DNA of 64,000 nucleotides from Rhizaria sp. SCN 62-66. Taxonomy: Eukaryota. The DNA is taken from NCBI GenBank assembly GCA_001724265.1, contig MEDY01000075.1:1-64000 (forward strand), in the 5' to 3' direction. Under the pieces are notes generated by a model that was given only the letters and a program-made list of their open reading frames with translations, did not search any database and had not been told where the DNA came from. Below are positions 12,008-24,628 of the stretch, piece after piece (position 1 is the stretch's first letter; every line of letters begins with the position of its first letter). A program made the position numbers and the translations under genes.

Positions 12008-12976
12008 TACATGTAAACAAACGTTCACATACAGCAACATACCGTATGACTTCAATCTGTGCGTATTTTGTCGTCCGGCACAATACAGTTTACGAGTATA
12101 TCAAGTGCTAAGAATAGTGAAAATAGTGTTGGTCAACAAATATCATGAATTTAATTGTAGCTTCTTGTGAATGAAATTTATTGATCGACACCGTTCATTT
12201 AGCGGAGGTATTGTCATTAAAAATAGTACACAACAGCATGTTACGCGAGGAGCTTGCGCAATGAAATCGAACAATATCAATACGTACGATTAAATCAATA
12301 TATCAATATAGGAGCACGATTAATACGCCAGGACAAATACATTTCATACTTATGATGCCATGCATCTCGATAAGTTGAGAATAATCTGAAAACATGTATC
12401 TTGAAAGTTAGATTTACAATATGCACGCGTGTGAACGTAACCTTGCTGAGCTCAGACTTAACGAACTTCAAAGCATAGGGATACTCGCAACCACTGAAAA
12501 CATCACAGCAGTTGTCGCAAACACACCAATAACAGCATCGGTGATGATATAGAAAACGAAAACAGTGACAGTAACAATTAGAAACTCGAATATCACAAAG
12601 CAAAGATCTAGAGAGTGTTATTATAAAGAAGAAAACACACACGAATTGAAAATAGAAAAGAACATCTACAATTGAACAGATACGCAACTAAATTATTGAA
12701 TCCAAAAATACTAGTATAAAGCTTAACAAGCAAAAATAGCAGGACAAAACATTGCACTCTAGATCCGACAGCACAAAGTCAGCCACAAACATCCGCACAC
12801 TCACACATGTACATATCACAGCCTCTGACACGCACGCGTTCCGCACGCGTACTTCGTGAGTCGTACATTCCCGAAGAGCACTTCATCAGAACTCACAAGA
12901 CTAGAGAGAACAATTCAAGAACGCCCAGCTTCCAGAACGTCCGTACATTGTGTACGTACATTTATTGTACTGTACA

Positions 12977-13753
12977 TTAGAGCTCATCATGCGCAGCCCC
13001 ATGAGCCTTTGCAGAGGACTTCTTGCCATTATTATTCACATTACCGCTCTTTTTGCCACCACCGTTATGGGCATTCTTATGCGCCTCCGCCTCTTCCGCG
13101 AAATCATGCGGCAAAAGCCCCCCAACCGGGGGTGCATTGCGCTGCACTTTGCCGCCCCCTACGCGCGGCTTGACTTCCTGAAAGAGCCCGTGAGCGGCGT
13201 GCGACCCCATGACCGGCGACGTCCCCCCATTGGCAGCGGGTGAGAGCGGCGGCTGGTCGACAGTGAGCCACGGGAGCTCTCCGCCCCAGCAGAACGTGAC
13301 GGCGACGACCATGCCGAGCAGCGCCGTCAACAGCAGCCCCCACACGCAGGCGAGCCAAGGCACCCAGGCCTGTGCGCGCGCGCTGGCGTCAACGGCGGCG
13401 GCGCGGCGGGCGCGGGCGAAGTCGGCCGAGTGGCCGCGGGCGATCGCGCGGTTGCGGGCGCGCTGGGCGGCGATAGTGGCGGCGTCGAGCCCTAAGGCAG
13501 CGTCCGATTCTGACACCTTGATAGGCCTCGTGTTTAGCCCGCGACGGGAGACTGCGGAGGGGGTGGATAAGGACGCGTTGGGGCTCGAAGTGGTTGCGGC
13601 ATCGGCAGCGGGGGCGGCGGGTGATGTGGACGAAGGCTGCGTCGGTTGCGTCTGCTTAGGCTCCTGAGGCGTGGGCTTTGGAGATTGCTGCTGCTGCTTG
13701 GGTTTGGGGCTTGAGGGCTTGAGCTTGGGGGATGCTGCTGCGGCTGTGGACAT
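12977..13753 (-). CDS. Single-pass membrane protein with a C-terminal HDEL ER-retrieval signal
   Basis: ATG at 13753 (MSTAAAASPK). Hydrophobic segment WLACVWGLLLTALLGMVVAVTFCW. Ends AAHDEL-TAA. Confidence 0.75.
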   Translation of the reverse strand: MSTAAAASPKLKPSSPKPKQQQQSPKPTPQEPKQTQPTQPSSTSPAAPAADAATTSSPNASLSTPSAVSRRGLNTRPIKVSESDAALGLDAATIAAQRARNRAIARGHSADFARARRAAAVDASARAQAWVPWLACVWGLLLTALLGMVVAVTFCWGGELPWLTVDQPPLSPAANGGTSPVMGSHAAHGLFQEVKPRVGGGKVQRNAPPVGGLLPHDFAEEAEAHKNAHNGGGKKSGNVNNNGKKSSAKAHGAAHDEL

Positions 13754-14164
13754 AGCAGCGGGGAGTTGCAGAACGAGTGTGCAGGGACACGCGCGGGCCG
13801 AAGCAGACGAAGCGAGAGAACGCGGGTTTGGAGTTACTGACGGGGCAGTTGGGGCAGCGAGGGCGAGGCACTGCAAATGGAGCAGGGTCGAAATGCATTG
13901 GGTAGTGTGCGATGAGGTCTCCGATAAAGCGATATAAAATAAAAGAAATAGTATCTATTTCGCAATTTACAAATTAATCCTTTTTAAGATGCCTCCAGAA
14001 CGACACGAACACGGCTAACAACATGTTTTGCTTATCCCTCTCTCTCCACTTGCCTCCGGTTGTGCTCTGCACGCAGTGAGAAACCCCACAGTCACCTGCA
14101 CGCTCTCTACGCGAACCTCTCGCACCCACGCTTTGTTGCAGTAGATAGTGCTTTGCGGCGACCC

Positions 14165-17100
14165 ATGTATCGTGCGTTCCGCGGCCTCACACGGCCTCGT
14201 CTCGCACTTCTGCGCGCTGTGCCCTATCTCGCAACTCCTCTCGCAACTGCAGCTGCAACGCCTCTCTCAGCTTCCAGCAGTCTAGCCTCCTCTGCCGCTG
14301 TGAAGCCCTCGCTTGCCGCCTCGCATGCGTGCGCCCTTACAGAGCCTGTCTCCGCGCGCGGCTTTTCTTCCCGCGCCCCTCTCAAGCAGCAGAAGCGTCC
14401 CCCGGCCAAAGTTCCCCCTAAGCCCTCCGCTTCCACTCCGCAGCCCCCGCCGCACGCAGCCGCCGCGCGCGCCGCTGCTCCGTCCGCGAACGCCGCCGAG
14501 GCTGTGTGGAGTCCGCCCTTTCTGCTCGCAGCGTCACCGTTGCCCGCTCGTGCGCCGCCCACCTCGCATTCTTTCCCCACTCTGGCGCCCGCGATGCTCC
14601 CCGGTACGCACCACAAAACAAGGATATATCTTATATAATCACGTAATAGGCAACACATGTAGTGTTGTGATGCATGTGTATTTTGATATTTGTATGATTG
14701 TCATTCGTATCGCTGACTTGGTATCTCATATTTTCTTTGCTGCTCTGCGTCTGTGGACTCAACATCTTGTACTGTCATAGGTTTGCTTGGGGTACCTGGC
14801 TTGCACTCACCTGCCGATTTCCGCCCTCTCGTCGCCGGCGCCGTGTCCCGCGCTTAGGCTCTTCGCTCGCACATTACCCGCTGTACCGAAAAAACCCCAC
14901 CTCGTGTCGTTGTGCAGCTGATTGACGACATCAGTAACGCATTTTGCGCTGTCGTCGATGTCGCAGAGTTCGTCCGCCACGTAAGTCTAACATCACGCAT
15001 ATATCTCCACAAAGCAAATGCTTTATAATCACAATTTTCGCTAATAACGCCAATTTCTATATAACCTGCAAATTTTTTTTAACGCATCAATCACTCATCG
15101 AAATCCCCAAATCGTTACTTCTCTGTTGTTTGTTGTTTTTCTTGACCTAAAACAGCACCATCATGACTCGCGCTGGCGCAACGCCGCGAACGAAGCCTGG
15201 TATGTCCTCCAAGACAAACTCACCGAGTTCTCCCTCGACTCATCGATCATCACCGCTCTCGATACACTGTACGCCCGCCCCGCCGCGCGCGCTCTGTTGA
15301 GCGAGGAGCAACGTCGGTTCATCATCTCTATGCTCGCGACTCTGCCCAAGGACGTTGACGACGCTCTCCGCGCTCGCCAAGCCGCTTTATCGCGCGAGAC
15401 CACGGTGCTTGAGGGCGCGACCTCGGCCGCGATGGCCGCTCCCACGGTCGCTGAGCAGGCGCTCACACTGCCGGTGCCAGGGCTGATGGCGCACGACCAC
15501 CCGCAACTCGCGCGGGCCCGGGCAGTCAAGCTCGCTGACTCCGCGCTCCCGGCGCTCGAAGTCAGCATGCGGCCGAGCGTCGTAACGCGGATGGCGCCAG
15601 GAATGCCCAACCGCTCCGCTCGCCGCAGCCTAACCGCGCTCGCTCAGGGCACTAACGGCTACGACGCCGCGCCGCTGCTGTCAACACTCGTCGCGGCGCG
15701 GCACGAGGTTGCTGCGTTTGCCGGCGCCGCGTCGTTTGCGGAGTCCTCCGCGCGCGCCCACGTCACGCGGTCAACCGACCTCACTGCGTCGGTGCTGCTC
15801 TCCGTGCGGCAGGCTCTCACGCCGCTAGTCGAGGAGGAAGTCGCTGAGCTTGTGAACCTCAACGCGTTCATCCAGCAAATCACCGTGCGCGAGTCGGCGC
15901 TCGCCGCGCAAGCCAAGATCGACACGTGCGTCGCCCCCGCCGGGTTAAGTCAAGCCGCCTCGCTTTCGGCCGCCAAGACAGCGGTTGCGACCGACCCCTG
16001 CGGCCTAGTCGCACCTGTCTGCGATGCCGCGACGGCGCCGCGGGCGCGGCAGGTTCTCGCGGTTGCGTGGGGAGGCGAGCCCGGTCAGTGGGCGCCGCTG
16101 CCTGTCCGCGTTAAAGAGCCGTTGCGGGTCCGGTCGCGCGCTGCCGCGCTGTCGCTCGCGGCCAGTGTCAACACCGCAGACCTCGACCACGCGTCCGCTC
16201 TCGCATTCAACAGCAGCAACGGTGACGATGGCTCGGCGAACTCGCGTTTGCCAGACCGCTCTGGGGGCGGGGCTGGCGTGGCTGCAGTCTCCGCTGCCGC
16301 CGCGGGCGCGATCAAAGGGAAACTAGGCTCGATGCTCAAGTCTGCCGCCGCATCCGTGCTGTCAAACTCTGCCTCCGCCGTCGCGAATTCAGAGGCAGCT
16401 GCCGAGGCCGAGGCGGCCTCTCTGACGGCCGCGGCGGCGCGTGTTCTGCGTGTCTCTGACGCTGAGGCCGCCAAGGGCGGTGACCCACGCAGGTGGCTAC
16501 TGCAGGGCCGCGCGCGCGCTCGGTCCATCCTCCGCTCCCCGGCTGCGACGACGGTTCTGCCCCTCACAGCGCACGGCGAGGATGAAAGTCAAGCCGCGTC
16601 CGCCGGCGCCGGTCGTTGCGCCCCACTGGCGCTGCATGATGCTGACTGCGCCCGCCAGGCCGCGGCAGGGCTTATTGACGCACACAGGGCCTCGCTGTCG
16701 ACGAGCGGGCATGCTCCCGGTCACTCTGCAAGCGGTGTGAGCACTGGACTGAGGCCTGGTGAAATGGCCGACGACGACACCCGCCTCGCGCGGCATTTAT
16801 CGCTCGCGAACGTCGTCAACGGGCTCGATCTCTGGGCGTATACCGTGTTTGGCGTGCGGCTGATTCCGGTGCCTCTGCGCGCGGACGAAGCGTGGGTGCC
16901 CTCGCCCCTTGCCAGCGGCGCCAACGACACCCCCGGCAACTCGATCGTGAAGCTCCTCGTGGTCGACCGCAGTGCGCACCGCGCTCCGCATGCAACGTCG
17001 TTTGCGTTCGAAGCCGGTGCACATGCGGCGGTGATTGGTGACGGTGAGCTGATGGGTGTTGTGTATCTGGATCTGTTTCACCGCAATCATAAGCAGCCGG

Positions 17101-18989
17101 GGGCGGCGACGTTTACTGTGCAGTGTGGCCGTGTTGTGAGTCCGTTTGATGCGGACAGTGTGACACTGGAGGCTGTTGAGGCTGCCAACAATACGGCCAC
17201 CGTTGCAGAGTCACTTGCTCTCTCTGCCAACTCACACTCTAACAACAGCAACAACAACAGCAGCCGTGATGATGATGCGAGCATGAATGACGTCTCGAGC
17301 AGTGACGCTGCTCACGCTAAGGCGAATAGCTTCAACAGTGCACGTATCTCTGATGTCGCTGAATTGTACCCGCACTTGGCTGGCACTGGCCTCGGCTCCG
17401 GTGACAACGCGTCTCTGTCGCGCTCGCAGTCTCAGTCGAACAAGAGTGCGATTAGCAATGCGCGGTACCAGATGCCGGTCGCCGTCGTGTCTATGACTTG
17501 CCGCCACGTGGCCGCCCCACCCATGCGGACCGCCCCCACAGGTTCCACCCCATTACTCGTGCATCCCGACAACTTGGAGACGATTTTCCACGAAATGGGT
17601 CACGCCATGCACGCGATGCTCTCCCGCACTCAGTACCAGCACCTCGCGGGGCTCCGCGGCGAGCTCGATTTCGTCGAAACGCCCTCGACGCTGGCCGAGT
17701 TTTTCGCGCATGACCCGCGCGTTGTCTCCCGCTACGCGCGCGCGCTCGAGACGAACCAGCCGTTGGCGGAGCGTGACCCGCTGCTGACACGCCGCGCGCG
17801 TAAGCAGAATCTGTTCGCCGGGATCGACACGCTGAACGACGTGTATAACGGGCTGCTGGATCAGAGGATGTTTGGCGCGCCGGCCGCGTTTGATCCTCAT
17901 CGCGTTTTCCCGCAGTTTGAGCACTTGGACGGCGGCGGTGAAACCAGCGTCAACACAAGCGCAAACGCGAACTCGAACTCTGTTTCCAGCGCTAGTTCTG
18001 AAGTGAGCACGGCGTTGACGAATGAGGAAGCGGTGACTGTGGCCGAGTCGCACGGCTACTGGCTGGCTCCGGCACAGGAAAGCATGATGCCCACCATCGC
18101 GCGTCTTTTCCCCGTTGCCAACGACGCCCAATCGCGGCACGCGCACGCACACCCGGCTCAGATCTACCTCATTGCACAGCAACTGCGCACGTTCGTCCAC
18201 CCGCTGGCGCTGACCCCCGGCTCAGTCAACTACGCGACCGTCGGCCACTTCGTCTCGTACGGCGGCACGTTCTACACGTATCTCTTCTGTCGGATCTTCG
18301 CGTGGGCGCTCTGGCATAAGTTGTTCCGTGAGTCTCCTCTGGGGCCCGGGGCGAGGGCGGGCGGCGCGAGGCTGAGGCGGATGCTGACGGCGGGCGGGGC
18401 GCGCAGTCCGATGGATCTCCTCGTCGAAATCCTCGACACCCACCCCACCGCTAGCAACAACAACGGCAACAAAAGCACGAGTAGCTCATCCAGTGCGAGT
18501 GTGAGCGGCGATAAGTCTCTGCTCAGCGCTGCGTTGCTACCTGTAACTGTGGCGCCTCGTGACCCCGTCACTGGCCAGGTGTGCGCTCCAGCCACACTGA
18601 CTCTGCCGTGGGCTGAGGGCGCGGCGGCGCAGCGCGCTGAGATGGTGGAACCGCTTGAAGGTATGTGGCAAACCTTACCACATTATCTTCGAAACAACAT
18701 TCGCAAATTTACCTCGTATGACATGTAACGAAACTATTTGATAATGAAACGAATTATATATAGTATATGTGTATGTAAACTCAATGTAGTTTATTTTGTT
18801 TTTAATGTCATACGCTAACATCAATGCCTCTATTTGTTCACTTTTGTGCTATCTTTAGAGCGTCACGTGCGTGCACTCAACCAAGCGTTGCAGCTTTATG
18901 TGGCTGAAGTCACCGCTGCAAGCAGGGATGCACTGGAGGAGCTGCGGCAGGATATGGCGCTTGCTACGGCGCATCACAGGCGGATGTAA
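14165..18989 (+). CDS. MIPEP: Mitochondrial intermediate peptidase (M3 family, Oct1/MIPEP-like); exons 14165-14603, 14781-14980, 15156-18660, 18859-18989; in-frame TAG at 14855-14857
   Basis: Arg/Ala/Ser-rich presequence MYRAFRGLTRPRL. Exon 2 encodes the MIP N-terminal block GLLGVPGLHSPADF...IDDISNAFCAVVDVAEFVRH. Zinc motif FHEMGHAMH, plus DFVETPSTLAE and HFVSYGGTFYTY. All three introns are GT-AG and phase-compatible. Confidence 0.9.
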
Positions 18990-19352
18990 GTGCTTCGGCT
19001 AAGTACCCCCGCTCAGTAGCTGCGCGCTAAGTAGCGACGCTCAAATGCAGTGCTTTCTGCTTACACTTTACTATTGTAAACTGTGAACTTATATTTATTT
19101 AATAAATCGTGAAGATACAAACTACAAGGCTGGCTTGATAGCCAATTCAATAAACAAAGAGCCCTTTTTAATCAATTTAGAGGTGATATTATTGTTTTGT
19201 ACATGTATTGCTAAGCCGTTGGCCAGTACTTACGTGGCCTGTCCGCTACATTGCATGCTTTTTATACTGCAACTGCGTCAATTATGTTATGAACTAAAGT
19301 AACGATATTAGTATTGTGATTCTTCTCGACAGCAACGCGTACGCATGCCCAC

Positions 19353-22300
19353 TCACTGCGGCTGCGCCTGTTGCTGCTGGTTGTGCTGCGAAGGCAGTGT
19401 CGTCGACAGGTTAAAACCGCCACCGACAATCTTGGGCTGAGATGCAAAGAACGTACGCTGCTGTTGGAACAGAGGGTCCGCCTTGAGAGTCTGGGTCGCA
19501 GTCTTGCTTTTTTGCTTCGTCAGCAGCTCCTGCTTGCGCTGCTCGAAGTACTTTTTCTTCACATCCTGTGTTTGTAAGAAGAAAACAAAACAATGCAAAA
19601 AGTGACAAAAAATTAACGAGACACAACACAACGAGAGAAACGTGAGTAATTGACTAAAAAAAGGAATGATACCATAGAATACTAGAACATCAAATAGAGA
19701 ACGTTATTTGGATGGATTACAAGTAAGAATGAAGCGTACCTGGTGCTCACGCGAGATCTTATCGACCTCATACTTGTACTCATTGGCCTGCGCCTGGAAG
19801 AGGTTGAGCTCGGCCGCCATCGCCCGCATCTGGCGCGTCTTATCCTTCAGCGCGGTCTGATACACCGTGAGCTGCTCCGCGAGCTCGGGGCCCGGGTGGC
19901 GGGCAACAACTTTCTTAAGAGCGAGGTAAGCACGCTCTTTCTCCTCGAGCTGCATATCACGACCGACGACTTCCTCCGTCTTGGAGATGAGACGCTTCTG
20001 CAGAGTGTGGATCTTCTGGATCAGCTCGAACTTCTTCGGGTCGGAGCCTTCAAGGTTGCGCCAGCGGTGCACGTTCATCGGGTTCTCAAGCTCCTCAGAG
20101 AGGGCCTTGACCTTAGTGCGCTCATGCAGAAGCTCGCGCTGGATGTGGTAAACCTATGGTGTGGCAAATTTAGACCATAGATAACAAAGATAAAGCCGAG
20201 TGAGTAAAAAATCATTATCGAACATACAAGTGTCCATAAATCAATCAATACATTAAATTAAACATACAAAACACAAATCTTAGTATATATCGATACGAAA
20301 CGTGAACGTACCTCGTTCTTGAGCGCATCGATGTTAGTGACCTCCTGCGAGCGAATCTGGAGTTCCTGTTTCAGGTTGTTGATCGCAATCTTGAGCGCAC
20401 GCAAGTCCTGCAAACGCTCACGGTACTGCACTTCACCCTTGTTGAGCGTCGACTGCTGAATACGGACCTTCTCGTACAGCAGAGCGAGCTCATCATTGCG
20501 GCGAATGAGCTGTGTACCGAGGATATCACGCTCTTGCATCAGCTCGTCATACGCGCGCTCCTGCTGGTGGTGCGCCACCTCGGCCTCGATGAGCTGCCGA
20601 CGCAGAGCCTTGATCTCGCTGTCCTGCGACGAAAGCACCTGGTCCGCAGTCGCGAGAACTTCCTTGCGTTTGTTGAGCTTCCGCTTGGCGACTTTCATCT
20701 CCGCTTGGAGACGCTTGCACGCGAAATGCTCGTTGATGAGTGCGTTGTCCTTGTTCTGGATCTCTTCCTTAAGCTGCTCGATCTGGTGCGCCATCATCGC
20801 GAACTTGTGCTTCATTTCACTGATGTCGTCCTTTTGCAGCGCCTGCTGCTTTGAGCACTTGTTGCGATCAGACCGCACTTGCTCATACAGACTCTGCTGC
20901 AGCTTGAGCTTATTACGCTCTTCGGAGATTTGCGCGTTGAGCTCGGCGATTTCCACCTCCTTGAGCTTCGCCTGCTCACTGGCTTCGGAGAATTTCGCGT
21001 GCCACAGTGCGGCAGTCATGGCAGCCTTCTCACGCTGCTTCTCAAGCATGTAGTTACGCTTGCGCAGCTGCTGCTCCTCGACCTTATGCGACAGAATGTC
21101 CTCCTCGAGCGTCTTCTTAACCAGCTCAGCGTCCTCGACAAGCCGGAACTGATCACTGTTCTTCTGGTTCGCGGCATGTACACTTGCTGCCAGCCGCTTG
21201 ACCTGGGTCTGAAGCTCAGAGATGATACGCTCGTCCACTTCGGCGTCCTTGCGCTGGGCCTCGAACGACTGGAGAACAGTCTTCATCTGGCCTTTAAGCC
21301 AGTCCTTATATTTCTCGCTTTGGGCACGTTTCTCGCCCATCTGCTCGCGGTCACGCTCGGCCTTTTGCCGCGCCAGAGTCTCCTCACGAAGCTTCTCACG
21401 CACCTTGCGAAGTTCCTTGGCCTTCTCGAGGCTCTCGTCAATCGCAGCCTGCTTCTCGGTCAACGCCTTGCTCTCAAGCTCGGCGTGGGTCTGCCGGTCC
21501 TTGTCGAGCTGCGTGTTGCGACGGCGCAGGTCCTCCGCGAGTTGGTGAAACCGCTCACGCGCAGCCTCGGCTTCGCGCACCTTGCCTTCGAGCTCACGGA
21601 TTCGGTCGTCGCGCTCAGTCAACGCGGCCTGCTTCGCGGTGAGGTCCTTCACGGTGTCTTCGTGCGCGCGCTGCACGTTGACCATCTGCTGCTGGAACTG
21701 GGCCGCCGTGGAGCGCTCGCGGGCGGCGTGCTCTTGGAGCTGCTTCTTCTCCTCCGCGAGCTTGTCCGCGTCCTTCTGCATCGTCGTGATCACCTGCTCG
21801 AGTTGCGCGTTCTTGGATGAAAGCTCGCGCATGAGAGCGTTGGTGGCGTCGATCGTCTTGACGTGCATCTCAACCTCTTTTGTCAGGTCTTCCTTGATCT
21901 TGAGGAGTTCGTTGACGGCGTTCTCCTGCCCGATGCTGAGGCCGGCACCTTGGTCAACGAGCAGCGAAAGTGACTGGATCTCAACCTTGAGGCGTTGGAT
22001 GGTATCGCGCGCACGGCGCTCCTTCTCCTGAGCGCCGTCAATCATCCGCCAGGCCTTGTCAAGCTCTTTCTTGAGGAGAGTGATGCTGTTCTGGTCTTGC
22101 ACGGAGAGGCGGAGCGCGGTTTGGATCTTGGCGGCGTTGGCGACGATTTCTTGGTTAAGCTCGCGGCACTTCTTCACAAGACGTTTCTCGTTCTCGTAGG
22201 AGCGCTTGAGGGTGGCGTGGAGCTTCTCGTACTCAACACGAAACTTCTCCAGGTTCTTCCCGCCGACAATCTCGTTGAGAACGTCTTTGAAGTCGCGCTC

Positions 22301-22462
22301 GAGGGCGTCGAAGGCAGCGGCTGTAACGCCCAGATTATCGCGCTCGTGGACGAGGAGGCCGTCCACGCCGACGGGCTCGCCGCCGCCGAGGGGGTCAGCA
22401 CAGACCGCGGAAGACGCGGGGGGAACAGCAGGCGGAACACCGCCGCCGGGGGCTGGGTCCAT
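19353..22462 (-). CDS. CFAP58: Cilia- and flagella-associated protein 58 (coiled coil); exons 22462-20312, 20153-19740, 19565-19353
   Basis: Signature stretches ERDILGTQLIRRNDELALLYEK and ALSEELENPMNVHRWRNLEGSDP. Two phase-0 GTACG...AG introns. Ends TGA. Confidence 0.92.
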
Positions 22463-23019
22463 TCTGCGTGTGGAGCTCTATAATAAAGTGAAGTCAGGAT
22501 AGAAACAAAAGTGCAAGAAGAGATAGACGTGAGGTGTCGTTTGTTGATGTCATGGCTAGTTTGGGGGTTATTGTGTGGCATGGCAGACAGCGAAGTGAGG
22601 GGGGGAGATGGTCTAGGTTGTTCAACTGAACAGAGAAGAAAGCACTGCGGTTCACCAGGAAAGACGCTATTACTGGGCAACACAAAATGAGAAAAAGAGA
22701 AATAAACGTGTGGCTATAACTCTGTGCTACTAGCAGCCATAAGCATCGGATATAGACCGCTAGGGAACTGCTGCAAAGACAGACGAGGTAACCGTTTCGG
22801 CCACTCTTCTCTCTTCTCTCGCTCCGGACGATTTTTTGGGAACCATCGGACTGAGACGAGACGAGCGAAGCAGAGCAGAGCACCGATATTCGCTGCGGTC
22901 AAATCGCCATTGAACGTCCTTCTGTTGTTCCCTAACTCACACCCCGAAACTGTTGTGTTATGTTCTGTCTAGTGACCTAATTCGGTCTTTTCAAGCCGGG
23001 TTATAAGTGTTGAGAGGCG

Positions 23020-23892
23020 ATGTGTCGCGTCCTCATTCTCCTCCTGGCCCTGTTCGGGGCCTCACTCTGCCTTGCGGCGGCCGGCTCGGCCACACAAACT
23101 GCCGACATGTACCACGCACTCGGTCTCCAGTGTCGCTGCGATGTACGTTTTTCTCCTCCTCCCGTCTTCATTTCCTAACTGTCCTTGCTCTCTTCCTGGC
23201 CACCGCTTTAGTCTCCTTTCTATACTTCACCTTCACCTTCACATTGCGTATCCCTGTCGCTTTCCAAACTCACTTTTTGACGCCTACGCTTCTCTGCCAT
23301 GTTGTATTAATGCTTTTGCGTTCCTTTTTTGTGCTTTGCTTTCCACAACAGGCCTACGACTGCCAGTGCAAGAAGGACTGCCTCTGCAAGATTGTCGATG
23401 ACAAGGCGTCCTCCTTCCTGGAAACCGAATCCTCTATCACCCAGTCATGTACGTCTATCAAAACGAAACAACGCATTATCAGCAAACAATGCGTTTTATA
23501 TACTATACGTTAACCCCGTCTTCATAGCCGTTGATATCTGCTCACAAACTCCTACTTCTGTGTCGCCACTTTCTTTTTCGACTCTTTTTTATTGCGCTCT
23601 TTTGTTTTTGCTTTTCTTAGCTGCTTCTTCGTCCCCATCATTCTTCGAGACCGCCGCGGCCGCCGGCCTCACCGGCGGCGCGTCCTCTACGGCCCGCGCC
23701 GAGCCGGCCCTCTTCAAGTGCGGCTGCGACTTCGGCGGCGCTGACGTCGCCATGGGCAGCAGCCAGTCGCTCGACTGCGACTGCTCCATCGCTAAGTGCG
23801 AGTGCACGAAGAAGTGCGCGTGCTCGGATGCTAAGGGAGGGTCGGTGTCTTTTCTCGAGACGGAGACACGCACGGTCAAGATGAACGACTAA
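23020..23892 (+). CDS. Small secreted cysteine-rich protein (~163 aa); exons 23020-23142, 23352-23448, 23621-23892
   Basis: Signal peptide MCRVLILLLALFGASLCLA. Two GTACG...AG introns with compatible phases. Two CxCxxxCxCxxxCxC modules and three SF(L/F)ET motifs. Confidence 0.8.
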
Positions 23893-24628
23893 ACAAGAAC
23901 ACACATGAGCTGAGCTGGGGACTGGAGGCAAAAGCAACCAACCTGTCAGTTTGTGAGTGCTGAGAGCTTAGTGAAGGAGATGTGAGTGGAGGCTTGCTTT
24001 GAGGGATGCTTAGATTGAGTAAGTGTCAGCGTGAGCTACATTGTGGTGGTAAAGGAAGTATGGAATGAGTATTTGATTCGTGCGTTTGTATTAGGAATAC
24101 GAATAGTACAACAACAAACAATATGATACAAAGTTTACAAACATTTAAGCAACAACGAAGTCGATTCAACGTATAAAGATATCGGATGCGTTGGTAATAC
24201 TAGAATATGTATTTGAAAATAGAAAACAGAAAGCAAAAAGCAACAAAACTAGATCATGACAAAATGTACACTTTACCTAAGCAAGCTTCAACGCTTGCAA
24301 GGGTGGGTTGCAAAACAGGCAAAAAGAGAAAACTACGTAACGTTGGGGGTTGTGTGTGTTTTGGTGAGCTATTAAGAGTTATTAACATGTGGTGGGAGCG
24401 CAAAGAAGTGACTTAGCACATAAAAACTGACTTATGAGTGACTCGTCTAAGTGAGTCCGTCTAAGTAGTTGTCATAAAACAAGCCAAAACATTGCGTTTT
24501 GTGAACGCAAGAGGCTAGAATCACGACGGCATTCATGAGCGTTGAGTCCAAGTACTGCAATAGAACTTAGCATCATCACTGAAGGTGCGTCATTTTACTT
24601 ACATTGTGCTGCTATTTCGACCTGCCAC

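Noticed and set aside
11692-12012. Poly-His ORF on the minus strand
   Set aside because: It is a by-product of the (GAT)n microsatellite in AT-rich intergenic DNA.
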